Shown here in pieces: positions 48,501 to 56,855 of a stretch of 64,000 nt of DNA. Location: positions 22,149 to 86,148 of the IMG/VR virus record IMGVR_UViG_3300038345_000118; one strand, 5' to 3'. The stretch is from a virus (taxonomy: Duplodnaviria; Caudoviricetes). The notes under the pieces are model-generated. The model had not been told where the DNA came from. It ran no database searches and was given only the letters and a program-made list of their open reading frames with translations. The position numbers and the translations under genes were made by a program. How positions within the stretch are numbered: the first letter of the stretch is position 1; every line of letters starts with the position of its first letter.

Positions 48501-49518
48501 CGCAGCCACGGAGCTTATGATTGAAAACTCCAACAAGCGGACGCAAGTACAGGTTGAGAACGACAAGAAGACGGTTAAGAGTTCTCAGAGCATGTTTGCC
48601 AAGATGACCCAGGCGGCCAACCTGTACGGTATTGCTTATCAGGCAATGTCGAACGACAATTTGAGCACGACGCAGAAATTTGAGATGATTGGCGTGCAAG
48701 CAGCCGGTCAGGCAGCTATTGCAGCACTGACGGCTAACTGGTCGGAAAAGACCGGAGAAACAGTAGGCACATTGCCTGCTATTTTGGCAAAATGCCTTAA
48801 CATCAACCCGATTGCAGGTGCCGCCATCTTTGCCGCTTTGACTGCCGTTATCGGCGGTCTAATGGGAATGGCAGCATCGAAGATTGCGAAGTCGAAGAGC
48901 GAGATTGCGCAGGCTACGGGCGTGAGCGGTGCAAGTGCCGGTAAACTGACCACAGGTATGCTGACATACGCAGAGGGTAACGTTAACGAGTTTACCGACC
49001 CGTCCACCTTGCGGGAAGGCAGGATGTACAACGTGGATTCAGCCGACGGGCGCACATACCGGGCCCGTTATATGGGCCGCAATCCGAAGACGCATATCAC
49101 CAACGGTCCGGAGTTCCACCTGAGCGGCGAGCGTGGCAAGGAGATGATTATCGACGCAGGCACCACCCGTCAAATCACCATGAACGACACGGAGATCTGG
49201 CGGGCCATACAGACGCTTTCTTCCGGAAGGAGGATGAGCACACAGAGAAGACACCGGAAAGGTGTGACCTCTTTTGCAGAAGGTAATGTAGATGACTTTA
49301 TGGATGGCGTTGATGAAATCGACATGGAAGAAACGAGCATGAATATAGACGCCATGCGCACATCCCTCGACCGGAACAGTGCCGTGCAGGAGGCTTTGCT
49401 GGAAAGGCTGAACGAGCCTATCATCGCCAGGAATATCTGGACGGGTCCGGAAGGCATTCCCAACATGTATAACAAGATGCAGAAGGAGGCCGAGCGCCAC
49501 GGCGAGAAATACGTATAG
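42544..49518 (+). CDS. tail tape measure protein (TP901-like core)
   Basis: 2324 aa, helical and Ala-rich; MELSDKMGEVRKTTGFTADEV..LMDLSVAAGQLG. Confidence 0.92.
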   Translation: MARNNVQTTVTVGMDVQLAKRNANALKEVIIELKNQLKEQRALMDNSASAEGYKKAAEAVDNLILKIKTLEKVQRSATPATAYEAFISGDVMNSNKLRQAQRGAKNRLNTVPSGASDQTARTLINDINRAQVQLNRLQAGFQKPLQSVKKELRDLSGNELQRLLQLLKQEQTLVQGNDKAWSAYAAAIGKVEERMREYDTLARQQMGASTLSRSQSGGFAQANERDIQRAIDKLREYRAVINDPNGTGKATWEATTREILKLQSTLDGLKQKAAEASGQAMSLDRALGIGLRARVGTYTGTIQELTLVKQTLESNLQTARRNSVEYDKIKRALNAVELELKKTGELSKEVQAVLNSPKGKSFNELKQAVEQGRAALQNMRTDTDKGKKAFDELAKKVKEAEFQMKELGGASKGTASAFDKAWSRLKTYIGLYMGAAVAIQKITATMGDLMELSDKMGEVRKTTGFTADEVGRLSNELKKMDTRTTLTGLMDLSVAAGQLGLKTEEDVLGFTEAANKLMVALPEMGKEGATEMLKVALATGEIDKIRRQMEQGLIDGSSATAVAMEKVGSTIDRLRATSAATAPAITDFVKRVGAVGAQSGISIDQVAALGSTVDALGMRVEMSATALSRMMPAIRNNAFDIAKILGITPDTIRELYDTGQGMEVILMILQRMKDSNMDADSIEQMLGMGGMKEIMKELNQQGARAGIVFGGLSQNVDELRRQLGVAKQAYEENIAIQQEYDKMNETTAAKWERLKNQIEEFFVGDQSQQWLGKIIDGLRLFVDVLTGNLRPALGWITVLLQTFLVYWAALKVGLGEAIFLKAAGGLKAMGSGLTNLISNTQQYIMYSKALRNAKLAEAAASTAAEKAIAAQSVATIKAKMAQEGLNKAMIANIWMAVAAAFVALGVALYRYIDSMREAGREAAKFQAELDKEQRKVNELTNSIGEARVKIEDANKEVAKARAELDAAKKANDGTTEAVNRLTKAESELLVKEEAKKNAMAAHKQLITEFNNQYSKYLGFMLSEVSSNLELARARDLVNSKLRETLTLKRQEAAIERIEKEKGGDRDEEYANLYDFVGRKAGSDDPSKRSRVMNSITRLAQNAKDENAFRSGAIKIFKNNKIGNYDALLRQAVDYYEEVYDIRQAIDRVVEQFKGEQQGNRATSQGDLIRQVNASFSNYNSLLRRYRGSKGDDRARNAAAVLQQMDTLAEQRANASSYYDMNDPREAAMYRKQFGALNAWKGYDRNTLLKEAGRYYTPRKKMQPGGGSGSGGSFTTSDRYTSGYSGNSIWGNEVDAASTDYSTWDVNELVARRNQMNKFKNVLKPGIDVRKVLAEDRALMKAIDEGKVGEDWQSVLNWYNAERKKIQEELKSERFSTNEGNWRDEKTKKGRRRVNPLIESDYALAELDRYYSRRKEALEKARSEENISEELYNRQAEMLEQEHLERRSKLRGTFTGEVSKEETAAFRKWWADLEKMDELDHVPWATVESEWSKALAAQIGRNNLKMQQDMTQVESITMKHVNQIAQIIAKERPYDGITENLQANLTKMDILFADLGTVTKKQLEDGSLTKELSRRMSFLLDETERAYSLTAEQLMSDMGAKGFKAWADAIANAKNADELKRQLLAQLQKAYDAVQDAIKKESSLIKKQAEIQWNDTILPGGISQRNAYEAALSTLGLQKDQVDRANSLIGVGPASERVADKLAIKQMQVRLAMQEQYYALIRKIGNERIKQLEEAGKLEDAEHLRKSLNLTLSEEQKKLDEQRVAIQNQLEESQERLYKRLREWGELIAGSVQSVFEASHAGDKEYYNERAKMALTGKGGPGAGTYVVIDNAGTSGATAHYEHLNERQALERHYEIERQNAMAEAWKKVMDDINMKMSETITDQINAMLQNASIDANTDATNADTQAIGTLTETLANGLTVNTISGGELPVIDESNPDTWGRAARKRAGLPVDENPHDHTISEGAQGMENAGLADAFLSQEVMDMSTAATELMIENSNKRTQVQVENDKKTVKSSQSMFAKMTQAANLYGIAYQAMSNDNLSTTQKFEMIGVQAAGQAAIAALTANWSEKTGETVGTLPAILAKCLNINPIAGAAIFAALTAVIGGLMGMAASKIAKSKSEIAQATGVSGASAGKLTTGMLTYAEGNVNEFTDPSTLREGRMYNVDSADGRTYRARYMGRNPKTHITNGPEFHLSGERGKEMIIDAGTTRQITMNDTEIWRAIQTLSSGRRMSTQRRHRKGVTSFAEGNVDDFMDGVDEIDMEETSMNIDAMRTSLDRNSAVQEALLERLNEPIIARNIWTGPEGIPNMYNKMQKEAERHGEKYV

Positions 49519-49572
49519 AATTTATCAGGGTCGCTTCGCCCAGCGTAGCGGCACAAACCACACAAGTATAAT

Positions 49573-52023
49573 ATGCAAAATATAGATTTAGTAATCCCGA
49601 TGGTGTTTCCGGAGGATAAGGAATGGCAGCAGACTTATGCCCGCTTCCGCAGTGGCGATGCGAGCAGGAACGTCCGCTTCCGGTCGTGGGGGACGGAGGA
49701 GTTGCTGGTAAAATGCTGCCTGAAGTATATGCCGTGGTTGAGACGCATTCACCTGCTGCTGGCTTCGCCTTCGCAGGTGAGGGGGTGGATGAAGAATATG
49801 GTTGCGACTGAGTCGCAACATACGGAAAAGCCGGGCGTTCACCTGGTGTTTCATCGGGAGTTTATTCCAGAGGAGTATCTGCCTTGTTTTTCGTCGCCTT
49901 GCATTGAGATGTTCCTGCATAGGATACCGGGGCTCTCGGAGCATTTCATCTATGCGAATGACGATATGTTTCCGCTTTCGCGGTTAGATGAGAGCGATTT
50001 CTTTAGGGTTCCGACTGGTTTTAATGACGGGATTACGGGATTACGGGATAACGATGTTGTTATGCCTTGTCAGTACATTACGGAGATTCCTTATCCGTCG
50101 GTGGCAAATGATTTTCACCGGGCATGTTTGAATGGGCTGAACATGGTGGCAGCTCCTTTCGGGAAGCATTTTACCAAAACTTATCTGAAGAACGGTCACA
50201 GTTTTGCCCCATACCTGAAGAGCGTATGCGAAGAGGTATGGCGGCGGCACGGCGAGCAGATTCTGCAGCATCTCTCTCCGCTGAAGCGCAAGTCAGACAG
50301 TTACAACCAGTATCTCTATGCCTATTATCAGCATCTTTCAGGACTGGAGATTTCACATGCGCCGAGAGAGCAGTATGTAGGACGGAGCACGCCTACCAGT
50401 CGCATTGCTGCTATTATCCGAGACCCGGATGCAGGAATCGTGTGCCTGAATGACAACGACGATATTAAGGACTGGGAGAAGCGGGCTGATGTGGTGAGAC
50501 GGGAGATAGCCGCAAAACTTCGGGGAGACGCTAACGATAACGCTAACCCTAACGATAACGCTAACCCTAACGATAACGATGACGATAACGATGAAGGGGT
50601 TCGTGTGCTGATCATTCACTATAACACACCGGAACTCACGGCAGCGGCTATTCGCTCACTGTGGAAGCATACGCCAGAGGCAAGGGTGACGATATTCGAC
50701 AACAGCGACAAGCGGCCATTCTGCTGCGATGAAATCGCAGCCTACGGGGAAGTGGAGGTTATTGACAATACGAAGGGACAGGTGGTAAACTGGGAGGAAT
50801 GGCTGGAAACATTTCCGGAGAAGGTGCCTACTCCTGAAAACAACTGGGGGTCTGCAAAGCACTGCTATTCGGTGGAGGTATGCCTTGACTTGTTTCCTGA
50901 AGGCTTTATCCTGATGGACAGCGATGTGCTGATTAAGCAGGATGTGAAGGGACTCGTTGACACGACTGTCCCTTGGAAGGGAGGCATCCAGGTGAACACC
51001 CGCCGGTTCGGACTGGTCATTCCTCGCGTCATACCTTACCTGTGCTGGATTAACACGCCCATTTTGCAAAAGCATGGCATCCGCTATTTTAACGGTGAAA
51101 AAATGTGGAACCTCACAGCCAAGTCGCCCAACAACCACTACGACACGGGAGCGTGGCTGCTGGAGGCTTGCAATCAATCCGGGCTGAATGGCCGCCGTGT
51201 AGAGATACGCGACTACATGGTACATTACGCCCACGGCTCATGGCGCGGACATAAAGAGCCCGGCAAGTGGCTGAATGAGTACAAAAGCCTCTGGTGGACA
51301 TGTCCCGACACGAAGATATACATCTGCACACATACGGACTTTAATGCGGTAGTGAAGAATCCCGTCTACGAGGTGGTAGATGCACGAGAATACGACGGAG
51401 ACCGTTGCAGCAACGGGTTGCCGGGTTCGTTTTATTCCGAATTGATTCTCTATAAACATATTGCCGAACGAGAATACCTTCCTGAGTATGTGGGCTGCTG
51501 CGGTTACAGAAAGTACTACTCCTTTATGGACGACGTGCCTGACATTCCGGAAATCTTCAAGAACTATGATGCCATTGCCGCCACACCTGTCAGGATAAGG
51601 CCAGACGTGAGAAGTCAGTATGCCCGCTGTCACAACGTGAAAGACATAGACATTGTGAGCGACATTATCAGGAAGGACTACCCTGACCTGTGGCCAACTT
51701 ACGAAAAGTCGTTGCGTCTGCCAGCATTGTACGCCTGCAATATGTTTATATTGCGTCGCGAAGATTTCCGATGGATTGTCAAGACGGTGTTTGACATCCT
51801 CGACAAATATCTGGAAACTGTAGGACTTGACATTGCCGGTCGTGTTAGCGGCCACCCGGAAGATTACCACATCGGCATGAACAAAGTAAGTACGGTGCAT
51901 TACCAGAGCCGAATCGGAGGATTCCTTGGCGAGCGGATTGTCAATGCACTTTTGCGACAGCGATTCAAGAACATCAAACACTACGACAAAGTTATCACCC
52001 AGAAGGCGGTGGTCTGCCCTTGA
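49573..52023 (+). CDS. Stealth phosphotransferase + GT-A glycosyltransferase + DUF4422 fusion
   Basis: Stealth CR2 LPCFSSPCIEMFLHRIPGLSEHFIYANDDMF; GT-A HYNTPEL, IFDNSD, LMDSD; DUF4422 YSEL, GCCGYRKY, CNMFI, GFLGER. Confidence 0.88.
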   Translation: MQNIDLVIPMVFPEDKEWQQTYARFRSGDASRNVRFRSWGTEELLVKCCLKYMPWLRRIHLLLASPSQVRGWMKNMVATESQHTEKPGVHLVFHREFIPEEYLPCFSSPCIEMFLHRIPGLSEHFIYANDDMFPLSRLDESDFFRVPTGFNDGITGLRDNDVVMPCQYITEIPYPSVANDFHRACLNGLNMVAAPFGKHFTKTYLKNGHSFAPYLKSVCEEVWRRHGEQILQHLSPLKRKSDSYNQYLYAYYQHLSGLEISHAPREQYVGRSTPTSRIAAIIRDPDAGIVCLNDNDDIKDWEKRADVVRREIAAKLRGDANDNANPNDNANPNDNDDDNDEGVRVLIIHYNTPELTAAAIRSLWKHTPEARVTIFDNSDKRPFCCDEIAAYGEVEVIDNTKGQVVNWEEWLETFPEKVPTPENNWGSAKHCYSVEVCLDLFPEGFILMDSDVLIKQDVKGLVDTTVPWKGGIQVNTRRFGLVIPRVIPYLCWINTPILQKHGIRYFNGEKMWNLTAKSPNNHYDTGAWLLEACNQSGLNGRRVEIRDYMVHYAHGSWRGHKEPGKWLNEYKSLWWTCPDTKIYICTHTDFNAVVKNPVYEVVDAREYDGDRCSNGLPGSFYSELILYKHIAEREYLPEYVGCCGYRKYYSFMDDVPDIPEIFKNYDAIAATPVRIRPDVRSQYARCHNVKDIDIVSDIIRKDYPDLWPTYEKSLRLPALYACNMFILRREDFRWIVKTVFDILDKYLETVGLDIAGRVSGHPEDYHIGMNKVSTVHYQSRIGGFLGERIVNALLRQRFKNIKHYDKVITQKAVVCP

Positions 52024-52050
52024 TAGTCGAGCCGTTTTTCCGTAATTTCG
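52016..52050 (+). promoter_or_regulatory. phage late-type promoter
   Basis: GCCCTTGA-N19-TAATTTCG; the TGA doubles as the upstream stop codon. Confidence 0.75.
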
Positions 52051-52083
52051 TCATAAAGTAATAACGATATAACGCCAAATAAT

Positions 52084-53379
52084 ATGCTTATCACAACACA
52101 AAACGAAATCATATCGCTGATGCCGACGGCACGGTGGGACCGGCCGCAGCAGCTCTTCGGCTATCTGGAAGAAGAAGAGCAGGTGGCACTTGAACCGCTG
52201 TTAGGCAACAGCCTGTATCAGTTCCTTCTTACTGAGTATGACCGTCTGCGTAAGAAATACACCGACATCACGGCAACGACTGTGCGCCCCACGGCAAAGG
52301 CCAAACAGGATGCACGGCTGGCCTATGCCGACGTGACGGAACGCCTGGAGCAGATACAGCAGGGCAACTACCGCGAAACATACACCACGGTTGACGATGG
52401 CGAGCATGACGTGTCCGAGACAGACCTTGCCACCATCCGGCTGATCCGCATTTGCCAGCAGATTGAGTTCTACAAGATGCTGTCCCATAAAGCTGGGTTG
52501 CTGACGGTATCGTTCAATGAGGGTGGCGGCATGAACATGGTGAGTGCCGACGGCTACGAGCCTGCCGACGAGAAGCGCATGGAGCGTGTGGTGAAGGATG
52601 CCTGGATGAGTGCCGGCAGGGCCGTTGACTCACTGCTGCTGTTTCTGGAGGCTGACGCTAAGGATGGAAAGCTGTTTACGGACAAGTGGAACGAAGCCGA
52701 TGCTTTCTACCTGCACAAGGATTTACTTTTTCAGACGGCACGGGTGCTGAATGAATACCTCGACATCAAGGGGGAAAGGATGGCGTATGTGCAGCTGTTG
52801 AGGGATATCCGATTCTGCCAGAACACCTATCTGAAGCCGAGGATTGGCAGGAAGCTGCTTGCCGAAATAATTCGCTACGCCAATCTCGGGATAACGGGAT
52901 CTCAGGATAACGGTATAGCGAGTTCCAGCAGCGATTCAGACAGCAGCGACTCCGATGCTGACGCAACGGACACGGTGGTTTATGAGGAACTGCTTGGGAT
53001 GCTGCGCACGGCGCTGGCTTTGTATGTAGAAGGGCGACGGACGACCATCACACAGACCACCCTGCTCTCCGGATCTGGGACATACGCAACAGCCAGTTCT
53101 CAGAAAGATGTGAAACTGGCACGGCGCGACAGTATGACCGACGCGCAGCAGGCAATGGCCATGGCATGCGAATACATCGAGGAAAACCTCGATGCACTGG
53201 GACAGGCAGCCATAGACACTCCTATATATAACGCGGTGCGTGCGCGTGAGGCACAGGAGGAACGCGACAAGGCTTGCACCTGTGCGGCTGCCATGCGTCG
53301 GCAGCGGGAAATCTGTAAGCAGACCAGTAAGAAGATGTTCACAGGATTTCCGGCCACGCATCGGACGCCGGAACGATAA
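52084..53379 (+). CDS. phage structural protein candidate (DUF6712-like)
   Basis: 431 aa in the head module; family call by resemblance only. Confidence 0.55.
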   Translation: MLITTQNEIISLMPTARWDRPQQLFGYLEEEEQVALEPLLGNSLYQFLLTEYDRLRKKYTDITATTVRPTAKAKQDARLAYADVTERLEQIQQGNYRETYTTVDDGEHDVSETDLATIRLIRICQQIEFYKMLSHKAGLLTVSFNEGGGMNMVSADGYEPADEKRMERVVKDAWMSAGRAVDSLLLFLEADAKDGKLFTDKWNEADAFYLHKDLLFQTARVLNEYLDIKGERMAYVQLLRDIRFCQNTYLKPRIGRKLLAEIIRYANLGITGSQDNGIASSSSDSDSSDSDADATDTVVYEELLGMLRTALALYVEGRRTTITQTTLLSGSGTYATASSQKDVKLARRDSMTDAQQAMAMACEYIEENLDALGQAAIDTPIYNAVRAREAQEERDKACTCAAAMRRQREICKQTSKKMFTGFPATHRTPER

Positions 53380-53451
53380 CGATAACGTTAACCCTAACGA
53401 TAACGTTAACGGTAACGCTAACCCTAACGATTGAATTAAGCATTAAACTTT

Positions 53452-53486
53452 GCCCTTGACTCATAGATGACGATTTGGTAAATTTG
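53452..53486 (+). promoter_or_regulatory. phage late-type promoter
   Basis: GCCCTTGA-N19-TAAATTTG. Confidence 0.8.
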
Positions 53487-53527
53487 CAATAAACAACGGG
53501 TTAATACCCACAAACACAAGAACTAAT

Positions 53528-55387
53528 ATGTTAAGAGCCTATTTTGAACAGACCTTCTATGACATGCCCGTAGAGACTGCGCAGAAATACGCAGAAGGCA
53601 TCCGCGTGGCCATCATCGCCGGGAAAGACTTTGACGGCGAGAAAAAGGAAGGGTTTTTCCTGTCCAAGAAACGGGGTTTCGAGGACAAGCTATACGTTGG
53701 CAACATCCATCGTATCGAGAACCATCTGTACTGGAGAGACGAGGAACTGGCCGATGACGATCAGATTGTGAACGTGGTGATGCTTGACGGCCCCGTGACG
53801 CGCGACGGTGACGGGTGTTCGTATGGCTCCAAGGATCACCGTGACCAGATTATGTATGCCAACACCATTCCGCAGGTGGTAGGCCATATCTTCATCATTA
53901 ACACCCCCGGCGGTGCTGCCAGTGCGCGTATTGACTACGAGCAGGCCATTGCCGACTGCCGCGAGAAAGGCAAGCCTACGGTGGCGTGGGTGGACGGTCT
54001 GTGCTGCTCTGCCGGTCAGTTGGTTGCATCGCTGTGCGACCGCACAGTTGTGATGAACGGCCGAAACACGATGGGCTGTATCGGTACGATGTGTGCTTTC
54101 TGGGGCGTTCCAAACGGAACGATTGACAAGGACGGATACCGCTACATTGAACTGGTGAGCGTGACATCGCCTGACAAGAATGCTGAACACCGTGAGGCCG
54201 TTGACGGCAAGACGGAGAAGCTGCAGGCTGAGCTTGATAAGCTGGGCGAGGAGTTCCGTGAGACCGTCAGGCAGAACCGTCCGTTGGTGAAGGAAGAGCA
54301 CCTGACCGGTAAGACTTTCGAAGCACAAGACGTGATGGGTGCTCTGGTTGACGAGATTGGCGACTACAACCGTGCCATCGAGTGCGTGTTTGAGCTGGCA
54401 GATGAGAAGATGCCTGCAGCACGCTTCGCCACAAGCGAACCCGACGGAGAGACGCCGGCCACGGAGGAACCGGAAGAGCAGAAGGAAATGTCCAATCTGA
54501 ACGATCAGCAAAAAGCCGCCGTTGCCGCTAATGCCGGAGCCACGATGATAATTGACGACGGACATGTAAAGGAATCAGTTGACACCATGTTCGGACCAGT
54601 AGAAAAAGAAGTTGCAACCCCTAAAAACGATAGCACTATGACAGACGAAGAGAAGAAGGCCGCCGAAGCTGAAGCAGCCAAAGCCGCCGAACAGGAAGAA
54701 GCTGCTGCGACAGAATCGCAGCATACGGAACAGGAAGCCGAAGTGCCCTCCACCGAGGAAACGACGGCGACCGAGGAAGCGCCTGCTGCAGAGGAAGCGC
54801 CTGCCGCAGAGGAGGAGCCTTCCGGAGAAGCCCCCTCTAACTCCCCCGAAGGAGGAGAACAGGAGCAGCCCGCAACAGAGGAGCAGCCTGCCGGAGAAGC
54901 GGCTGGCACAGAAGCGCCCTCTGAGGAAACCATTGCCGAAGCGCAGGCTGAGATTGACCGAATCACCGAGTCTCTGCATACCGCCGAGGCATTGGTGGAA
55001 GAGAAGGACAAGACGATTGCTGCCTTGCAGGGCGACATGGAAGTCCTGAAGAAGGAAGCCGGCGAGAAGGATGCCACTATTGCCACGCTGGAAGGCATTG
55101 CCGAAGAGCGCGACCTGAAGGCCAAAGACCTGACGCTCGCTTTCCAGAACCTCGAAGAAAAGGACAAGACTATTGCCGAACTGAAGGCCGCTAACGAGAA
55201 GCTGGCGAAGCAGGTGGATGATCTGAAAGCCGAAGTGAAGGAACTCAGTGAGAAGCCTACGCCGATGGTGACAGCTGAGAGCGGTGTACCTTCCGCCAAC
55301 GGAACGGGTGCCGAGCCCAAGCCTGAAAAGCAGCAGCGCATCAAGCCCGGAATGAGCTACGAGGAGATTCGGGAGGCTTTGAAATAG
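53528..55387 (+). CDS. S49 prohead protease with acidic/coiled-coil scaffold C-terminus
   Basis: LDGPVTR, INTPGG, LCCSAG, SPDKN; E/A-rich coiled-coil tail. Confidence 0.9.
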   Translation: MLRAYFEQTFYDMPVETAQKYAEGIRVAIIAGKDFDGEKKEGFFLSKKRGFEDKLYVGNIHRIENHLYWRDEELADDDQIVNVVMLDGPVTRDGDGCSYGSKDHRDQIMYANTIPQVVGHIFIINTPGGAASARIDYEQAIADCREKGKPTVAWVDGLCCSAGQLVASLCDRTVVMNGRNTMGCIGTMCAFWGVPNGTIDKDGYRYIELVSVTSPDKNAEHREAVDGKTEKLQAELDKLGEEFRETVRQNRPLVKEEHLTGKTFEAQDVMGALVDEIGDYNRAIECVFELADEKMPAARFATSEPDGETPATEEPEEQKEMSNLNDQQKAAVAANAGATMIIDDGHVKESVDTMFGPVEKEVATPKNDSTMTDEEKKAAEAEAAKAAEQEEAAATESQHTEQEAEVPSTEETTATEEAPAAEEAPAAEEEPSGEAPSNSPEGGEQEQPATEEQPAGEAAGTEAPSEETIAEAQAEIDRITESLHTAEALVEEKDKTIAALQGDMEVLKKEAGEKDATIATLEGIAEERDLKAKDLTLAFQNLEEKDKTIAELKAANEKLAKQVDDLKAEVKELSEKPTPMVTAESGVPSANGTGAEPKPEKQQRIKPGMSYEEIREALK

Positions 55388-55389
55388 TT

Positions 55390-55424
55390 GCCCTTGACTT
55401 TCATAACGCTTTTATGTAATTTCG
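55390..55424 (+). promoter_or_regulatory. phage late-type promoter
   Basis: GCCCTTGA-N19-TAATTTCG upstream of the capsid gene. Confidence 0.8.
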
Positions 55425-55473
55425 CAGTAACCAACACGAACACAAAATATTCACCTCAAAACACAAAACTATT

Positions 55474-56754
55474 ATGGCTTACGCATTAAGTATTGCACAG
55501 ATTCAGACCGTCAAAGAGACGATCCATCCCGAGCTGGTAGCCAAGGCTTATCTGCTCACTGACTCGATGTTTGAGGACCTGGGCATGAAGGTTACAACCG
55601 ATGTCGAGAATATCGACACCTGTTACATCTTCTCCCGTCAGGGCCTTCAGGCACGCCCCTATGTGGTCGGCAACGTGAAGAGCTCTCAGCTCGGAAAGTT
55701 TGTTGACAATCCCGCCAAGGTAGAGTCCATCTATCTTCACACCTCTGACTCTATTGAGCGCTACAAGGAGAAAGGCCCGTTCCAGGAGACCAATGTCGCC
55801 GAGAGCGCCGAGCACACCACCTTCCTGCTGAAGGAACTCTCCGGTCGTTTTGCCGAGGATGTACGTGCCAACGTCTTCTTCGGAAACAAGGCCAACCGCT
55901 CACTGCCTGAGACTGCCGAGAACCAGGCCAAGCTGGGTCTCTCGCTCTTCGACGGTTTCTACACCATCATCGCCAAGCGCCGCACCGACGGCTCTATCAG
56001 CGTGGCCAACGGCAACCTGATTGAGACTGGCGACATCGCAGGCAAGACCGCCAAGCAGGTCTATGAGATTCTTACCGCCTTCTACGGTGGCCTGAGTGCC
56101 GCTATGAAGAAGCCCGAGCAGAAGGTGTACATCTACGCCAGCGACGAGTTCTGCCGCAAGGCTGTGAAGGGTTACATGGAGACCTACCCACAGATTGCCC
56201 CCACCGTGCTTCAGGCAGGTTGGAAGTTTGTGGAGATGCCCAACGTCACCCTCGCCACCTCTTCTGCCATGGGTACCGGCGGTCAGCTGATCGCCACCGT
56301 CGAGGGCAACCTGGAGTTTGTTTGCGGCAACCGCGAGAACGACGCTCTCATCAGCATCGGCCAGGTGAACACCGACCTCCGCGTGTTCGACTACCAGGCC
56401 AACGGCCGTGCCTGCGTCCGCATCCGTGACTTCGCTCCTGAAGTGTTCGCCACCAACGACGCCGTGAACACCTACACCACGCTGCCTGGCGACTACATCG
56501 CCGACATCTTCACTGTATCAAGCAGTGACGAGAACGAGGGTACCGTGGCCATCAGCAGCGGTCAGAAGGATCTCTATGCTGAGGGTGATGTCATCACTGT
56601 GGCTGCCACGCCGAAGAGCGGCTTCGTATTCACAGGGTGGAGCGATGGTTCCATTGCCAATCCCTACAACTACACCTTTACTGGTGGTGTTGAGAATCTC
56701 GTTGCCATGTTCGAGGAAGAGGATGCTTCCAGCGGCGATTCTTCCAGCGACTAA
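55474..56754 (+). CDS. major capsid protein with C-terminal InlB-B-repeat-like domain
   Basis: Follows the protease, strongly biased codons, LSLFDGFYTII; tail GDVITVAATPKSGFVFTGWSDG..NPYNYT. Confidence 0.8.
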   Translation: MAYALSIAQIQTVKETIHPELVAKAYLLTDSMFEDLGMKVTTDVENIDTCYIFSRQGLQARPYVVGNVKSSQLGKFVDNPAKVESIYLHTSDSIERYKEKGPFQETNVAESAEHTTFLLKELSGRFAEDVRANVFFGNKANRSLPETAENQAKLGLSLFDGFYTIIAKRRTDGSISVANGNLIETGDIAGKTAKQVYEILTAFYGGLSAAMKKPEQKVYIYASDEFCRKAVKGYMETYPQIAPTVLQAGWKFVEMPNVTLATSSAMGTGGQLIATVEGNLEFVCGNRENDALISIGQVNTDLRVFDYQANGRACVRIRDFAPEVFATNDAVNTYTTLPGDYIADIFTVSSSDENEGTVAISSGQKDLYAEGDVITVAATPKSGFVFTGWSDGSIANPYNYTFTGGVENLVAMFEEEDASSGDSSSD

Positions 56755-56855
56755 ACTATCACCATCGGAGGTGAGCGGCGGCCGGACATTTGCTGCCTGA
56801 CCGCCGCCCTCTGACTTACGTTTCACGAATACCAACACAAAAACAAAATTAGATT

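Noticed and set aside
53690-55344. Minus-strand ORFs of 291 aa and 279 aa
   Set aside because: Antisense to the S49 protease/scaffold; S/A-rich shadow translations
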